The notes: generated from the letters alone by a model not told the origin. Shown: positions 51,147 through 61,408, numbered from the stretch's first letter. The stretch is 64,000 bases of DNA from a virus (IMGVR_UViG_3300046048_000227:1-64000), one strand, 5' to 3'. Numbers and translations are program-made.

Positions 51147-52965
51147 TGATTTCTCTATACCAGACTTTCCGCATACTATAATCACAGACCCAGACAAAGT
51201 TAGTGAACAGTTCATCCAAAAGGTAGGAAGGCAACCACTCCTATCTTTTGACTTTGAAACTACTGGACTACACTTTAAAAAACATAAAGCTGCGGGAATA
51301 GCTATAGCTAATCAAGAGCACGCTTGGTACATACACGATAAGGCTATGCACCAGCTAACGCCGTGGTTGAAAGATAATTTTGTTGACTCAAACATAACAT
51401 GGGCGGCACACAATTCAATCTTTGATATGCACTTTCTTAAAAATGATTTTAATGTACTGCCTGCTTCGCTAGTAGATACACAGCTTGCCCAGTGGATGTT
51501 AAACGAAGAAGACTCACTTGCCTTGAAAGAAGTTTCCAAGTTCAAACTTGGGATCACTGAAAACTTACCTTCCTTTAGAGACCTACAAAAACATGCTAAA
51601 GAACTACGGGATATTAAAAAAATTGATGATGTATCTATTTTTGATATTCCAGTAGAAATGCTAGGAATATACGCCGCATTTGACGGAAGACTAACCTTTG
51701 ACTTATGGAATAAATTAGAAGGCGAGTTAGAAGCTGAAGGACTAAGAGAAGTCTATGATGAAAACATTATACCGTTTACCTATGTTCTCCTAGACATGGA
51801 AGATCGTGGTGCTTACATAGATCGTGATAGAGTAATAGAACTTAAGGATCAGTACGAGGAAATAGCCGATGATCTTTTAACAAAATGGAAAAAGAAAGTA
51901 GGCGACGTTAATCCAAACTCTCCCCAACAGCTAAGGGAACTCCTGTACACTCAAATGAACTTGAGAACAAGCAGGAAAACCAAGAAAACAAAGCTTCCCT
52001 CAACAGACTCTCTCGCCTTACTGCGCCTTAAAAGAAATGATAAAACAGGTATTGTATCTTTGCTAATAGAGTACAAAGAATATAACAAACTAATAAGTAC
52101 GTACCTAACACCACTGCTAAACAAAACTATTGACAACTATATATATACTAACTTCAAACAAACTGGCACTGTAACAGGGCGACTTAGTTCTAGTGGTGAT
52201 ATCAATCTACAAAACATTCCTAGCCGTACAGAAATAGGAAAAGAAATCAGATCATGTTTTATCGCTCCGCCAGGAAGATCATTATTGGTTACAGACTATT
52301 CGCAAATTGAACTACGAATTTTAGCACACTATACTAGAGATGAAAATCTAGTAAGAGTATTCTACTGGGGAGAAGACCCGCACCAATTAACAGCTAACAA
52401 AATGGGAGTACCTAGATACGTTGGCAAAACTCTTAACTTTGGTATTATCTATGGAGCACAAGCACGGACAATAGCTGATCAGATTGAGAAAATTCCTAAG
52501 CCAAGACCTAAAGAATCTGTAGCAAGGAAATGGTTATTAGACTTTGAAAAAATTATCTACCCTTCAATCCCTAAATGGAAAAAGACTGTTATAAATACCG
52601 CTATTCAGCAAGGGTACATAACTACGATTGGGGACAGGCACAGACACGTAACTAACCTGGATCATTATGATGAGTACACTAGAGGACGGGCAGAAAGACA
52701 GACTATTAACAGCTTAATTCAGGGCAGTGCAGGAGATTTTATTAACCAGTCAATGTTATCATCTAGCAACACTGCTAAAGAACTGGATATTTGGTACCAC
52801 ATTCAGGTACACGATGAACTGGTTACAACCTGCCCAACAGAATTGCTAGATGAAGCTAGCAGATTTATGCAAACCAGCATGGAGTCTATGAGAGAAGTAT
52901 TCAACCTATCAGTTCCTATTTTAGCACAGCCTGCTACAGGCGCAAACTGGATGGAGTGCAAATGA
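51139..52965 (+). CDS. polA: Family A DNA polymerase (3'-5' exonuclease plus polymerase, no 5' nuclease)
   Basis: DFETTGL, HN..FD, YAA.D, TGRLSS, DYSQIELR, K.LNFGIIYG, QVHDEL. Confidence 0.97.
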   Translation: MFDDFSIPDFPHTIITDPDKVSEQFIQKVGRQPLLSFDFETTGLHFKKHKAAGIAIANQEHAWYIHDKAMHQLTPWLKDNFVDSNITWAAHNSIFDMHFLKNDFNVLPASLVDTQLAQWMLNEEDSLALKEVSKFKLGITENLPSFRDLQKHAKELRDIKKIDDVSIFDIPVEMLGIYAAFDGRLTFDLWNKLEGELEAEGLREVYDENIIPFTYVLLDMEDRGAYIDRDRVIELKDQYEEIADDLLTKWKKKVGDVNPNSPQQLRELLYTQMNLRTSRKTKKTKLPSTDSLALLRLKRNDKTGIVSLLIEYKEYNKLISTYLTPLLNKTIDNYIYTNFKQTGTVTGRLSSSGDINLQNIPSRTEIGKEIRSCFIAPPGRSLLVTDYSQIELRILAHYTRDENLVRVFYWGEDPHQLTANKMGVPRYVGKTLNFGIIYGAQARTIADQIEKIPKPRPKESVARKWLLDFEKIIYPSIPKWKKTVINTAIQQGYITTIGDRHRHVTNLDHYDEYTRGRAERQTINSLIQGSAGDFINQSMLSSSNTAKELDIWYHIQVHDELVTTCPTELLDEASRFMQTSMESMREVFNLSVPILAQPATGANWMECK

Positions 52966-53951
52966 CAGAGTACGATCCAACAATTAGTTCCCTTCTTGAT
53001 TTAGCTCAAGTACGATGGGAAAACAGGGAAGAGAACAGAGACCTTTTAGTTAGGTGGGGTATCCCATTCTTAGATAAAAGACTGTTCGGTATAAACACTG
53101 TTGACGGTGAATTAATATTAATAATTGGAGAAGAAAAACAACGCAAAACTACTCTAGTGATTAACACAATAGTAAACATAATGACAGCAGAGAAACCAGA
53201 AGTAAAACCGCACACAGTTATAGACACACTAGAAAGCGGTATGCCTCCAGGCAGATACACAGATCAGCTTGTTAGCAACCTAGCTTCCAGGTACCTAATG
53301 GAGATTGACCACATACCAGCATCCATGGGCAAGTGCCAAGTTTGCGGGGATTTCTGTAAAGAATTACGGTTATCACCAGAACATTTAAACTACCTACCAC
53401 TGTCCTCGCAACAAAGAGTAGCAGTAACCAAAGCTGTAGCTCACATGAAAGAGTGGCCCGTAGATATATGGGGTGCTGGAATGAACCAAGGCGACACTAG
53501 AAACCTAAAGAATACTGTTGGCGATCTTGATCAGGAGTCTAGGTGGATATGGTCAGCAGAAAACAAAGGCAGTAAGATTTTTGTGATAGACCACGTTCAA
53601 CAATACAGGTTTGATGACATTGTTAACTCAGACTACGAAAAACTTATCAGAGCGGTAAACTCTATTGGCTCTTTCGTAGCCGCATACAAGACAGCAGTGT
53701 TCTTAGTGTCACAAATTTCTATGTGGTCTATGAGAGAGGCTAAAGCTGGAGGAAAAGCTAAAGCGTCTGGAGGAAAAAAACCACACGAGGAAGCTAACGT
53801 TATCATTAAGTCGTCTTATGAGGACAACTCTGGTCAGCTTGGCGTATCTCTAGAGGACAGCAGGAAAAGTGGTTCAGGGTTCCAGCATTTAATTATTGAT
53901 GATATCTCTGGAGCAATAGTACCTAATAAGGATAACAACCCATATGAGTAA
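52962..53951 (+). CDS. DnaB/RecA-fold helicase-like protein with non-canonical Walker A
   Basis: FLD..L.G....ELILIIGEEKQRKTT, TLE, FVIDHVQ, LVSQ. Confidence 0.7.
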   Translation: MTEYDPTISSLLDLAQVRWENREENRDLLVRWGIPFLDKRLFGINTVDGELILIIGEEKQRKTTLVINTIVNIMTAEKPEVKPHTVIDTLESGMPPGRYTDQLVSNLASRYLMEIDHIPASMGKCQVCGDFCKELRLSPEHLNYLPLSSQQRVAVTKAVAHMKEWPVDIWGAGMNQGDTRNLKNTVGDLDQESRWIWSAENKGSKIFVIDHVQQYRFDDIVNSDYEKLIRAVNSIGSFVAAYKTAVFLVSQISMWSMREAKAGGKAKASGGKKPHEEANVIIKSSYEDNSGQLGVSLEDSRKSGSGFQHLIIDDISGAIVPNKDNNPYE

Positions 53952-54358
53952 CAAAAAAACAACCAACGAACTACTAATATCTATTAACGATAACCTTGGT
54001 CTACTGTCTGAGGCACAAGAAGACTTCACTAAAAAGTATCAAGTTAGCCCTATCAGTCATGATGAAAGTATAGCCGCTTTTAGGCGCAGACTTAAAATTA
54101 AACAGATCACGGAGGGCAAGAAACTAGCTGCGTATAACAGAGTACTCTCTAACTGCACGCAAGATACTGTAGAACAGTGCAGGTGTGGGGAAAAGCACAT
54201 GGGAATAAAGTTTACTGACGAGTATGGAACAGTGCTTGAAGAAAATATGTGCCCCAGAACATGGTACATAAAACTTGTGAGAATGGCACTTGAGGAAGGG
54301 CACGGCACAAAATTTACAAAAACTAACCCGATCAAAGGGTTCATGAGGTACTATAAAA

Positions 54359-55438
54359 ATGGAAAATAAACTAGTAAACGAACTAAGCATAACCTTTACT
54401 GAAAACCCAGAGCAAGAAGTCCTTCGCTTAGGCAACGAACTTAAACTTAAGAACATAGTAGAGCAACTGAACTCCGGTAAAGCTCTCTCCGAAACGTTTA
54501 AGGAAGACATTAAAGACTTGTTATGGATAATTACTGATCTATTTACTACGTCACTGCCTATCCTTGATAGTTCTCCAGAAGAAACTTTAAGGAAAGCAAG
54601 CAGAGACGTTAACCTATCAAGACTTCTTAGGGAGAGGGGCATGGCTAGGCTGTACCTATTATCCCAAAGCAAGAAAACGATAGAAGTTTATGATGAACAA
54701 AACCAACTTGTGCAAAACATTAAAGTAAACGTGTTCCAAACTATTAAAGACCCTTACTCTGGCGATCCATTTAAGACACAGCAAGACTTTCTAGCTTGGT
54801 TCTGTAAGGACGCCAAGGTATCTAGAGCACTGGTGTTTATCAGATTTGGCACCTACCTAAAACTAACTACTGCTCTTGGCTATACACTAGAAGAGGCATT
54901 CAACATAATTATAACTAAACCAACAGTAATTAAAGACGCCCTTGAAGGTATTGGACAGTGGGAGAAAGGCAGACTTCTTGGGATTAACCCAGACATAGCA
55001 AAGAACTTGGTGCACAATATCCTACCTGTTGGTGATGAGCTACGAGAACAGATAGAATGCCTAGCTGACGATGTAATAGATGCCCACAACAGGGGAGATG
55101 AAGAGGAGGAGTATAGACTAGCTGACGAACTAGCCAACATGTCTGTTCCAGCAATTAGAAAACTTATTGAAGAGCTTGCTACGCACGAAAGCGTAAGGGA
55201 TGCAACTAAGTTGGTAAAGAATGACATACTTAAATCACCAGAGATTGGCTATTGGTGGGATGACTACTTAGTAGGGATCAAAGTAGAACTTATAGTTAAA
55301 GGTGTTGATGAGAATGGTACAGAAAGGATCAACGATATCTATACTGTAACATTACTACCAGACAGTAAAGAAAAACTACCAGAAGAAATAGTTAAAGACC
55401 TTAGCAAAAGACTTTCTATTAGAAACTCCCTTGACTAA
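54359..55438 (+). CDS. Hypothetical protein (359 aa)
   Basis: Long ORF in replication block. Confidence 0.75.
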   Translation: MENKLVNELSITFTENPEQEVLRLGNELKLKNIVEQLNSGKALSETFKEDIKDLLWIITDLFTTSLPILDSSPEETLRKASRDVNLSRLLRERGMARLYLLSQSKKTIEVYDEQNQLVQNIKVNVFQTIKDPYSGDPFKTQQDFLAWFCKDAKVSRALVFIRFGTYLKLTTALGYTLEEAFNIIITKPTVIKDALEGIGQWEKGRLLGINPDIAKNLVHNILPVGDELREQIECLADDVIDAHNRGDEEEEYRLADELANMSVPAIRKLIEELATHESVRDATKLVKNDILKSPEIGYWWDDYLVGIKVELIVKGVDENGTERINDIYTVTLLPDSKEKLPEEIVKDLSKRLSIRNSLD

Positions 55439-55459
55439 GGCACAAGTTTGTAGTATAAT
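55431..55459 (+). promoter_or_regulatory. Sigma70-type promoter
   Basis: TTGACT-17-TATAAT. Confidence 0.8.
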
Positions 55460-55486
55460 TAACTAATAAAGAACAGGAGGATTTAA

Positions 55487-56272
55487 ATGGCAACTGCTAA
55501 ACCTAAAAGTGTGCAAGAAGCTATCCTACGAGTGATGAATGATGTAGGTTACGTAAAGAAAACAGGTACTATGGAATTTGGTAGAACTTCGTACACCTTT
55601 GCTCAAGAACGTGAGTTGATCGCCGCTCTACGTCCTAGTATGGTAGCTAATGGTCTTATAATGGTTCCTAAAGGAGTTACTCCTGGAACAGAAACATACG
55701 ATACCTTTACTAAAAACAGCAAGCTTTGGAGAATTTATAGAGCAGAGTTTCGTTTTGAAATTAGCCACCCAGACTCTGATACATCTATCCTAGTATCTGT
55801 TCCTGGAGAAGGTGCGGATAATGGTGACAAAGCTTCAAATAAAGCGGCTACTGGTGCAGTGAAATATGCTTTACGGCAAACTTTCTTAATTGAAACTGGT
55901 GACGATCCAGACAATACTAGCTCAGATGAAATATCTGGTGATGAGCATAACACTGTTACCAAGGCAGAAGACAGCAAAGAAAAAGCTACTACACCAAAAA
56001 CAGATGACACAGCTATGCAGAAAGCACTAGCGTACAAAGTACCTGCGGGGCTTCCTCACAAAGGGGACACCATTGCTAAAGCAATGACACAGAAACCAAC
56101 AGGCGTTATGGTAATCAGCTTCTTGGCTGGTATGGAGCCTTCTGGTAATGGCACAATGTATGAGCCAAAAGATGAGGAAGGACAGAAGGTGCAAGCTGCC
56201 GCAAAGTTTGTCTACGGGAACCACGCTGAATTTAAAAAGCTGTTAGCAGAATACAAAAAAACAGTTAACTAG
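55487..56272 (+). CDS. ERF-family single-strand annealing protein
   Basis: V.K.G....Y.F, GEG.D.GDKA..KA.TGA.KYAL..TF.I.TGDDPD. Confidence 0.88.
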   Translation: MATAKPKSVQEAILRVMNDVGYVKKTGTMEFGRTSYTFAQERELIAALRPSMVANGLIMVPKGVTPGTETYDTFTKNSKLWRIYRAEFRFEISHPDSDTSILVSVPGEGADNGDKASNKAATGAVKYALRQTFLIETGDDPDNTSSDEISGDEHNTVTKAEDSKEKATTPKTDDTAMQKALAYKVPAGLPHKGDTIAKAMTQKPTGVMVISFLAGMEPSGNGTMYEPKDEEGQKVQAAAKFVYGNHAEFKKLLAEYKKTVN

Positions 56273-56296
56273 TAATACAGAAACAGGAATAAGAGA

Positions 56297-56326
56297 AACC
56301 CCCCTAAACTAGGGGGGTTATTTTTT
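56297..56326. terminator. Terminator between convergent blocks, probably bidirectional
   Basis: aaccccccta-aac-taggggggtt with T-tract after and A-rich run before. Confidence 0.8.
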
Positions 56327-56356
56327 CCTCAAATAGATACAAAAGATACAGCTTAT

Positions 56357-57802
56357 TTAAAATTCCCACTGCTCTCCAACGTCCTCTACCAACTCAGCTA
56401 CAATATCTACCTCTTCCCTGCTGCGGACAGTGCCATCGTATAAGTACCCAACACCTTCAGTTACTGGGATTTGGAACGGTACACTATCAAAGATATCATA
56501 CCTAACAAGAGCTAACCCCTGTTGCCAGACACTTTTAAGTGTACTACCTGGAACTGTTCCATCTATCTTACAAGCTGTGCCAGGGGAAAAGGCGTATACA
56601 TGGTCTGTGCCTTCTGCGTATCTAAGGTTATTTGTTGCAAACTCTCGTCTATGTATATGACCAAAAATAGTATTAACATGGCTTTCTCTAGCTATCTTAG
56701 AGGCTGTCATACCAGCACCAGCAGACACAGTGTTACCGTGGATAACTCTAGTATGCCCATTACCTAACCATACCTCATTATTAGGATAGCCCCCGTACCA
56801 ATCTATATCTAAGTTGTCAAAACCTAACAAGTTCGGTATGCTCCAAGCATCAAAACTTTCTACAGCATCAGCAGATCGTAAACCATATGCCCAAGGTACG
56901 TGCTTAGCTATAGCATCTCTTAGTCGTTTGTCATGGTTCCCTTCTATAACATCTATGTCTGCATCTTGTGCCTCTTGTCTAAACTTAGACAACCACCAGC
57001 TAGCCTCAATAATAGCAGGCTGTGTGTGGCGCACAAACTCAGGTGATCTTAAGAATTTATCAGACCAGTCAGGAAGATCAAGCATATCTCCTAAGAAGAT
57101 AACCTTACTTACCTTTATTTCCTGAAGTATCTGTAAAGCTATGTCTAGTACTCTCCTGTCATGGAAAGGCACCAACTTTCTATACTTACTATATGGATCA
57201 GAAGTAAACCCAAACTGTGTGTCTGGAATTATCAAAGCACTATGGTCATAAAATGTCTTTTTACTTGTAGGGGTCTGGTAATCAAACGAAAAAGATACGC
57301 TCTGTATTGTTGGGTTTATCGGTACTGGGTTTCTGCGTACTAACCAAACCTTAACTTGGGTTAGCCCTTCTTTATGTATCTTACCGGAGTCTTCTAACTC
57401 CCCTTCTACTACAACACCGTCTATCCACCGCATACTAACTTGTTTATCTTTCCTGCCCATATGCCAGTTATTAACTATGTACCTGTCAATCTTCCACTCT
57501 TCTAAATCAACGTTGCAGTATTCTAATAACTGATCTAAGGTAGTAATCTCACTACCTTTAAGGCTAGATAAAACTTTATGGTTAAGGTCTTCATTGTTTT
57601 CTTTAATGCCTACACTAGCATCTTCTCCTAGCATTTCTTTAGCAAATCTTCTAAGATACCTTCTTAGACTGTTATCTTTTATGCCGTCTAGATGAACATC
57701 TTCACCTGCTTGGTACCTCTCATATAAATCAAGCTTCTCATCCCACGGCATACTAGACCAGCTACTACGTCCTGGTCTTCCTCTTCTGCGTTTAGAAGTC
57801 AC
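56357..57802 (-). CDS. Calcineurin-like metallophosphoesterase with N-terminal extension
   Basis: IPDTQ, LGD.LD, GNHD, HG, GHIHR, WQQG. Confidence 0.88.
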   Translation of the reverse strand: MTSKRRRGRPGRSSWSSMPWDEKLDLYERYQAGEDVHLDGIKDNSLRRYLRRFAKEMLGEDASVGIKENNEDLNHKVLSSLKGSEITTLDQLLEYCNVDLEEWKIDRYIVNNWHMGRKDKQVSMRWIDGVVVEGELEDSGKIHKEGLTQVKVWLVRRNPVPINPTIQSVSFSFDYQTPTSKKTFYDHSALIIPDTQFGFTSDPYSKYRKLVPFHDRRVLDIALQILQEIKVSKVIFLGDMLDLPDWSDKFLRSPEFVRHTQPAIIEASWWLSKFRQEAQDADIDVIEGNHDKRLRDAIAKHVPWAYGLRSADAVESFDAWSIPNLLGFDNLDIDWYGGYPNNEVWLGNGHTRVIHGNTVSAGAGMTASKIARESHVNTIFGHIHRREFATNNLRYAEGTDHVYAFSPGTACKIDGTVPGSTLKSVWQQGLALVRYDIFDSVPFQIPVTEGVGYLYDGTVRSREEVDIVAELVEDVGEQWEF

Positions 57803-57806
57803 TATT

Positions 57807-58139
57807 CTACTGCTCCTTGTTCTTTAGGGCTTTGAAAAGTCTCCTGAAATCTCCAACTGTAATTATCTTTGAGTTAATTTCTACTAGCGTTGAAGAGTCT
57901 GGATAATCATTTTTCCAGGCTTTAGCAAATTCTTTTGCCACTGGTTTAAATGGGTCTAACGCTACGTCCAGTGGATCACGTACAGCTTCTATGATACTTG
58001 GAATAGCCGTTCTTCGTATACCAGCTACAGCTAAAAGCTCTGTCCTAGAGGCAGCTAATACTTTTTCTGGGGTGTCATACTCAGCTTCTATAAGAGCGTC
58101 AGCTATATCTTCAGGTAAAAGTTCTTTAAGATCACGCAT
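57807..58139 (-). CDS. Helix-hairpin-helix-like protein
   Basis: A.AL.EA.Y.T...V..A...ELLAV.GI. Confidence 0.6.
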   Translation of the reverse strand: MRDLKELLPEDIADALIEAEYDTPEKVLAASRTELLAVAGIRRTAIPSIIEAVRDPLDVALDPFKPVAKEFAKAWKNDYPDSSTLVEINSKIITVGDFRRLFKALKNKEQ

Positions 58140-58197
58140 AAAACATACCTCCTACTATAGGTATATTATACCACACTTATCTAATTTATACAAGTTA

Positions 58198-58560
58198 TTA
58201 GGCTCTAGGAAGTTTCAAAGCAGCAACTGTTACTGAAGCAGTTGACTCATAAGTAACTATAAAAGCTTGTTCAATTGCATTATCAGCGTCATACTGTTCG
58301 TACATACTTGGGAAGGGGCCAATCATCCGTTCTTCTCCAGCGGTTACTGTTACAACACGATCAGCAATTACTAAGCCATCTGCTGTATTAGGTGTTGCTA
58401 TTGTAACATCAACATCCCCGCCGCTGCCATTAATAACATGAAGAAACGTCCTTCTTCCCGCGTTATCTACAGCGTGCCCGTCTCCAGATACAGCAGCTAC
58501 ATAAACTGCCTCTAGCCCTGTTCTTACAATATCTTGTACTACTAATTGAGTGGTAGCCAT
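58198..58560 (-). CDS. Small beta-rich virion protein
   Basis: L.V.NG.G....VTI, V.V.AGE...IGPF. Confidence 0.65.
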   Translation of the reverse strand: MATTQLVVQDIVRTGLEAVYVAAVSGDGHAVDNAGRRTFLHVINGSGGDVDVTIATPNTADGLVIADRVVTVTAGEERMIGPFPSMYEQYDADNAIEQAFIVTYESTASVTVAALKLPRA

Positions 58561-58871
58561 TATTTTGTCTCCTTAACTTTACTATTACCGTTCATATCGG
58601 CTAGCTTTCTACTTAAATTTAAAATTATCCTATCTTTCACCAAGCTTTCAGCCTGTGCTTCTATACATTTTTCTTTTAACCTTTCTAGCTCGATCCGTAA
58701 ATAAGCTATTGTCTCTGTTGATGCACCAGCAATTTCATCAACAGCTTCAGTAGTTTTAGTAAATTTATCTAATGGTTCTTTCCTTTTAGCTATAGCATAA
58801 TCAAACGCCTTAGTCAAAAGAACAGTAATAATACTAGCAGCTATTGGGAGTACAACATTTAATTCATCCAT
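58560..58871 (-). CDS. N-terminal TM plus coiled-coil protein (lysis accessory-like)
   Basis: Hydrophobic N-terminus, heptad C-terminus. Confidence 0.6.
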   Translation of the reverse strand: MDELNVVLPIAASIITVLLTKAFDYAIAKRKEPLDKFTKTTEAVDEIAGASTETIAYLRIELERLKEKCIEAQAESLVKDRIILNLSRKLADMNGNSKVKETK

Positions 58872-59271
58872 TTCCAAGTCTCCAGTAAGCCCAGGATGTA
58901 AGCAACGTAAGTAGAGCGTATGTGCCTGCTGGAAAGGAAAACGGTATACTCTTAAAAAGAAGTGCTGATACAAAAGCCCATATACCTACAGAAAACAGCA
59001 TAACTCCTCTCTGTAGTCTTACATTACCAAGCGATTTAGCTATAAGGTTCCCAAAACCGCATAAAGTAAAAACTGATATCCAAAAAACATTTGAAGCGTG
59101 CTGTGCCATAGGCACTGTTACACCACAAGCTGGCCCGTTGCAGCCAATAAGATAAATGATCACCCACCACAAAGCAGTGAAGGAAGTAAACAGCACAACT
59201 GGTGTAGGATCAGCCGTAACGAGGGGCACAAGCAGCGGCTTTACTATTCTTTCGTTTATAAAATTTTTCAT
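58864..59271 (-). CDS. Four-TM membrane protein
   Basis: Four hydrophobic segments. Confidence 0.7.
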   Translation of the reverse strand: MKNFINERIVKPLLVPLVTADPTPVVLFTSFTALWWVIIYLIGCNGPACGVTVPMAQHASNVFWISVFTLCGFGNLIAKSLGNVRLQRGVMLFSVGIWAFVSALLFKSIPFSFPAGTYALLTLLTSWAYWRLGNG

Positions 59272-59330
59272 ATTAATTCCTCAACCTCTCTCTATATCTA
59301 CAATCGAGTTACCGTTGAGGTTGTAGGATA

Positions 59331-59741
59331 TTAAGGCTCTAAGTCATCCTCTGTAGGTTGTTTAGCCACTTCTTCTGTTGGTTCCTCAAAGAAAAATGAT
59401 AGTGTTCTATATGTTGACCCCTTAAGCTTAACATCACCCAACAAATCTTCGGTCATTAAAGGAATAGATATCTCTACTTCTTCGTTTTCTAAGAAATCAT
59501 TAAAGGCATCGTCAACTTCTTTCTTTCGACTATCCTTAAGTTTGGCATAGTCAACAGAGACGTTTAATGAAGCAAATAAACTCTTACGTCCTTCTTCAAT
59601 AATTTTTAGTTGCTCTACCAATTGCTTAGATAATACACTAATTCTTCTACCAGCCCTTATGTTCCATTCTTTACTTTCAAGTTCTTGTAAAGCTGGTTGT
59701 GTTGCAAATACTTCTCTTAATGTTAGTGTTACTTTTTCCAT
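59331..59741 (-). CDS. Hypothetical tail-associated chaperone-like protein
   Basis: Helical, L.NE.VE motif, downstream of lysis genes. Confidence 0.55.
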   Translation of the reverse strand: MEKVTLTLREVFATQPALQELESKEWNIRAGRRISVLSKQLVEQLKIIEEGRKSLFASLNVSVDYAKLKDSRKKEVDDAFNDFLENEEVEISIPLMTEDLLGDVKLKGSTYRTLSFFFEEPTEEVAKQPTEDDLEP

Positions 59742-59807
59742 AATTCCCTCTCAACTCAAATAGGGAGGATATTGCTATCCTCCCTTTAATTCATCTCTTA
59801 TAAAATA

Positions 59808-60212
59808 CTAACCCTGCCCGTCTGGTAGTTCTGGTTCAGTCGGTTGGATTCCAATTTTACCCAACACTCCTGTAAGAACTCCAAAGGATGCAAAGTGACC
59901 AAACAAAGAGGCTAGTATTTTAGCAGACACGGTAGCATATATAGTCCACCCAATACCACTAGACACGGTTTGGTACGCTTCAGGAACAAGTTCAGCGGGT
60001 GCCAAGAGTACAAACTCCGCAACTAACCAACCCAAGATTGGGAGACCGTTGCTTGATAAGTAGTCAGTAATCTTGTCCCATGTAAACCTTTTTTGAGCTA
60101 CGGCTGTAAGAACTCCGAAGCCTAAATCTAGCAGTGCAAAAATCACTAGCCAGATCAAAGGTGTCGCCACAGTATTAACATAGGCTAGAAAATCAGGAAG
60201 TATAATATCCAT
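59808..60212 (-). CDS. Probable holin
   Basis: Three TMs, LD..FG...A.....F.W.K; directly downstream of endolysin. Confidence 0.7.
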   Translation of the reverse strand: MDIILPDFLAYVNTVATPLIWLVIFALLDLGFGVLTAVAQKRFTWDKITDYLSSNGLPILGWLVAEFVLLAPAELVPEAYQTVSSGIGWTIYATVSAKILASLFGHFASFGVLTGVLGKIGIQPTEPELPDGQG

Positions 60213-60224
60213 GTTGCTCTCCTC

Positions 60225-61328
60225 TTACTCTACAACGTCCACCCACTTCATGAGAGGTGTACCGTTATAGTCTACGAAGCAGACGTACATTTTGTCTGCA
60301 CCAATCTTAGCCCATATACGCCCATCTGCCTCTTTAAATAGAGTGCCGTGTACAAAAGGCTTCTGTCCTTTACTTAAGTAACCAGCGTATGTAGCACTAG
60401 ATACAATAGGAGCAGTTCTTTGGTTTAACCTATTAATTACTACCTCTGCTGCTCTTGGAGATGTTCCAGCAGGAGGCGGAGGAGGAGGTGTCTCACTCAT
60501 CTTAGGCTTACCAGTTAAAGCTTCCATCCAGTCAGCACCAGAAGTATAAGTAGTGGCGTTATAGTGCTGCCATACTTTATCTAAACTGTATACTCCATAT
60601 CCAGGCAGGCTTAACTCATTCACCCTTACCTTAAAAGCTTTAAGGTCTGCTACTGTTGGCCCCCAAGAGCCTTCTACTCCTGGCTTACCTCTCCAGTAAG
60701 CGGGGGCAATAGGAACAAAATCATTAAATGGTGTGTTATCTAGAGCTTTATACTCTACGTAACACCTGTTTAACTGGGCTGTAGGGTTATGGGAAAACTC
60801 CCAATAAACTTGCGGAGAGTTAAAACCATTAACCTTATCGTGCCTTAACGCAGGTTTAAAAGGAAACTGCGGGAAGTTGGTAGGGAACCTATAAGAGTCT
60901 AGGTAAATAGGGATTCTTTTTGGTACAAAAGTAGAATCTAATAGTGTTTCCATTTTACTCTTGCTTCCGTACTGGTTCCAAACTCCTGACTCAGCATCTA
61001 AATCAACAAAACAAAGACCATACTTTTCAAACTTTTCTATAACTTCAGAAATCATAGAACCATCTGGCCCTGGCTTGTACCCGCTGGTATAAATCCAAAA
61101 CCCAACCTTTTTACCGCCGTCAGTCAGCGTTTTGATAAAGTGCGTAACCGCAGCAACATCACCATTTCTCCAGTTATAAGGGAAAGGGCCATCGACTCCT
61201 GCTGAGTCAATCATCTTAAGGCTAATCCAGTTAGCTCCATAATAATTCATAAACTCAAGGACTTCTTCCGGTGTAGGAAGACTCCTTAGCTGCCATGCCA
61301 TAAAACCAAGACCTTTCTTTACAGTCAT
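60225..61328 (-). CDS. Probable endolysin (GH25-like TIM barrel, Pro linker, SH3b-like domain)
   Basis: VGFW.Y, DLDAE, PQVYW; PPPPPP; LN.R..P...W.KI. Confidence 0.7.
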   Translation of the reverse strand: MTVKKGLGFMAWQLRSLPTPEEVLEFMNYYGANWISLKMIDSAGVDGPFPYNWRNGDVAAVTHFIKTLTDGGKKVGFWIYTSGYKPGPDGSMISEVIEKFEKYGLCFVDLDAESGVWNQYGSKSKMETLLDSTFVPKRIPIYLDSYRFPTNFPQFPFKPALRHDKVNGFNSPQVYWEFSHNPTAQLNRCYVEYKALDNTPFNDFVPIAPAYWRGKPGVEGSWGPTVADLKAFKVRVNELSLPGYGVYSLDKVWQHYNATTYTSGADWMEALTGKPKMSETPPPPPPAGTSPRAAEVVINRLNQRTAPIVSSATYAGYLSKGQKPFVHGTLFKEADGRIWAKIGADKMYVCFVDYNGTPLMKWVDVVE

Positions 61329-61408
61329 ATGTACCTCCACCTTTATATAGTACTTCATTGTACCACACTAGTATCTCTATGTCAAGCTACATACTACAAT
61401 CACGCAGC

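Noticed and set aside
51139-53951. Intein or intron in polymerase or helicase
   Set aside because: Motifs are normally spaced with no splicing signatures or homing endonuclease.
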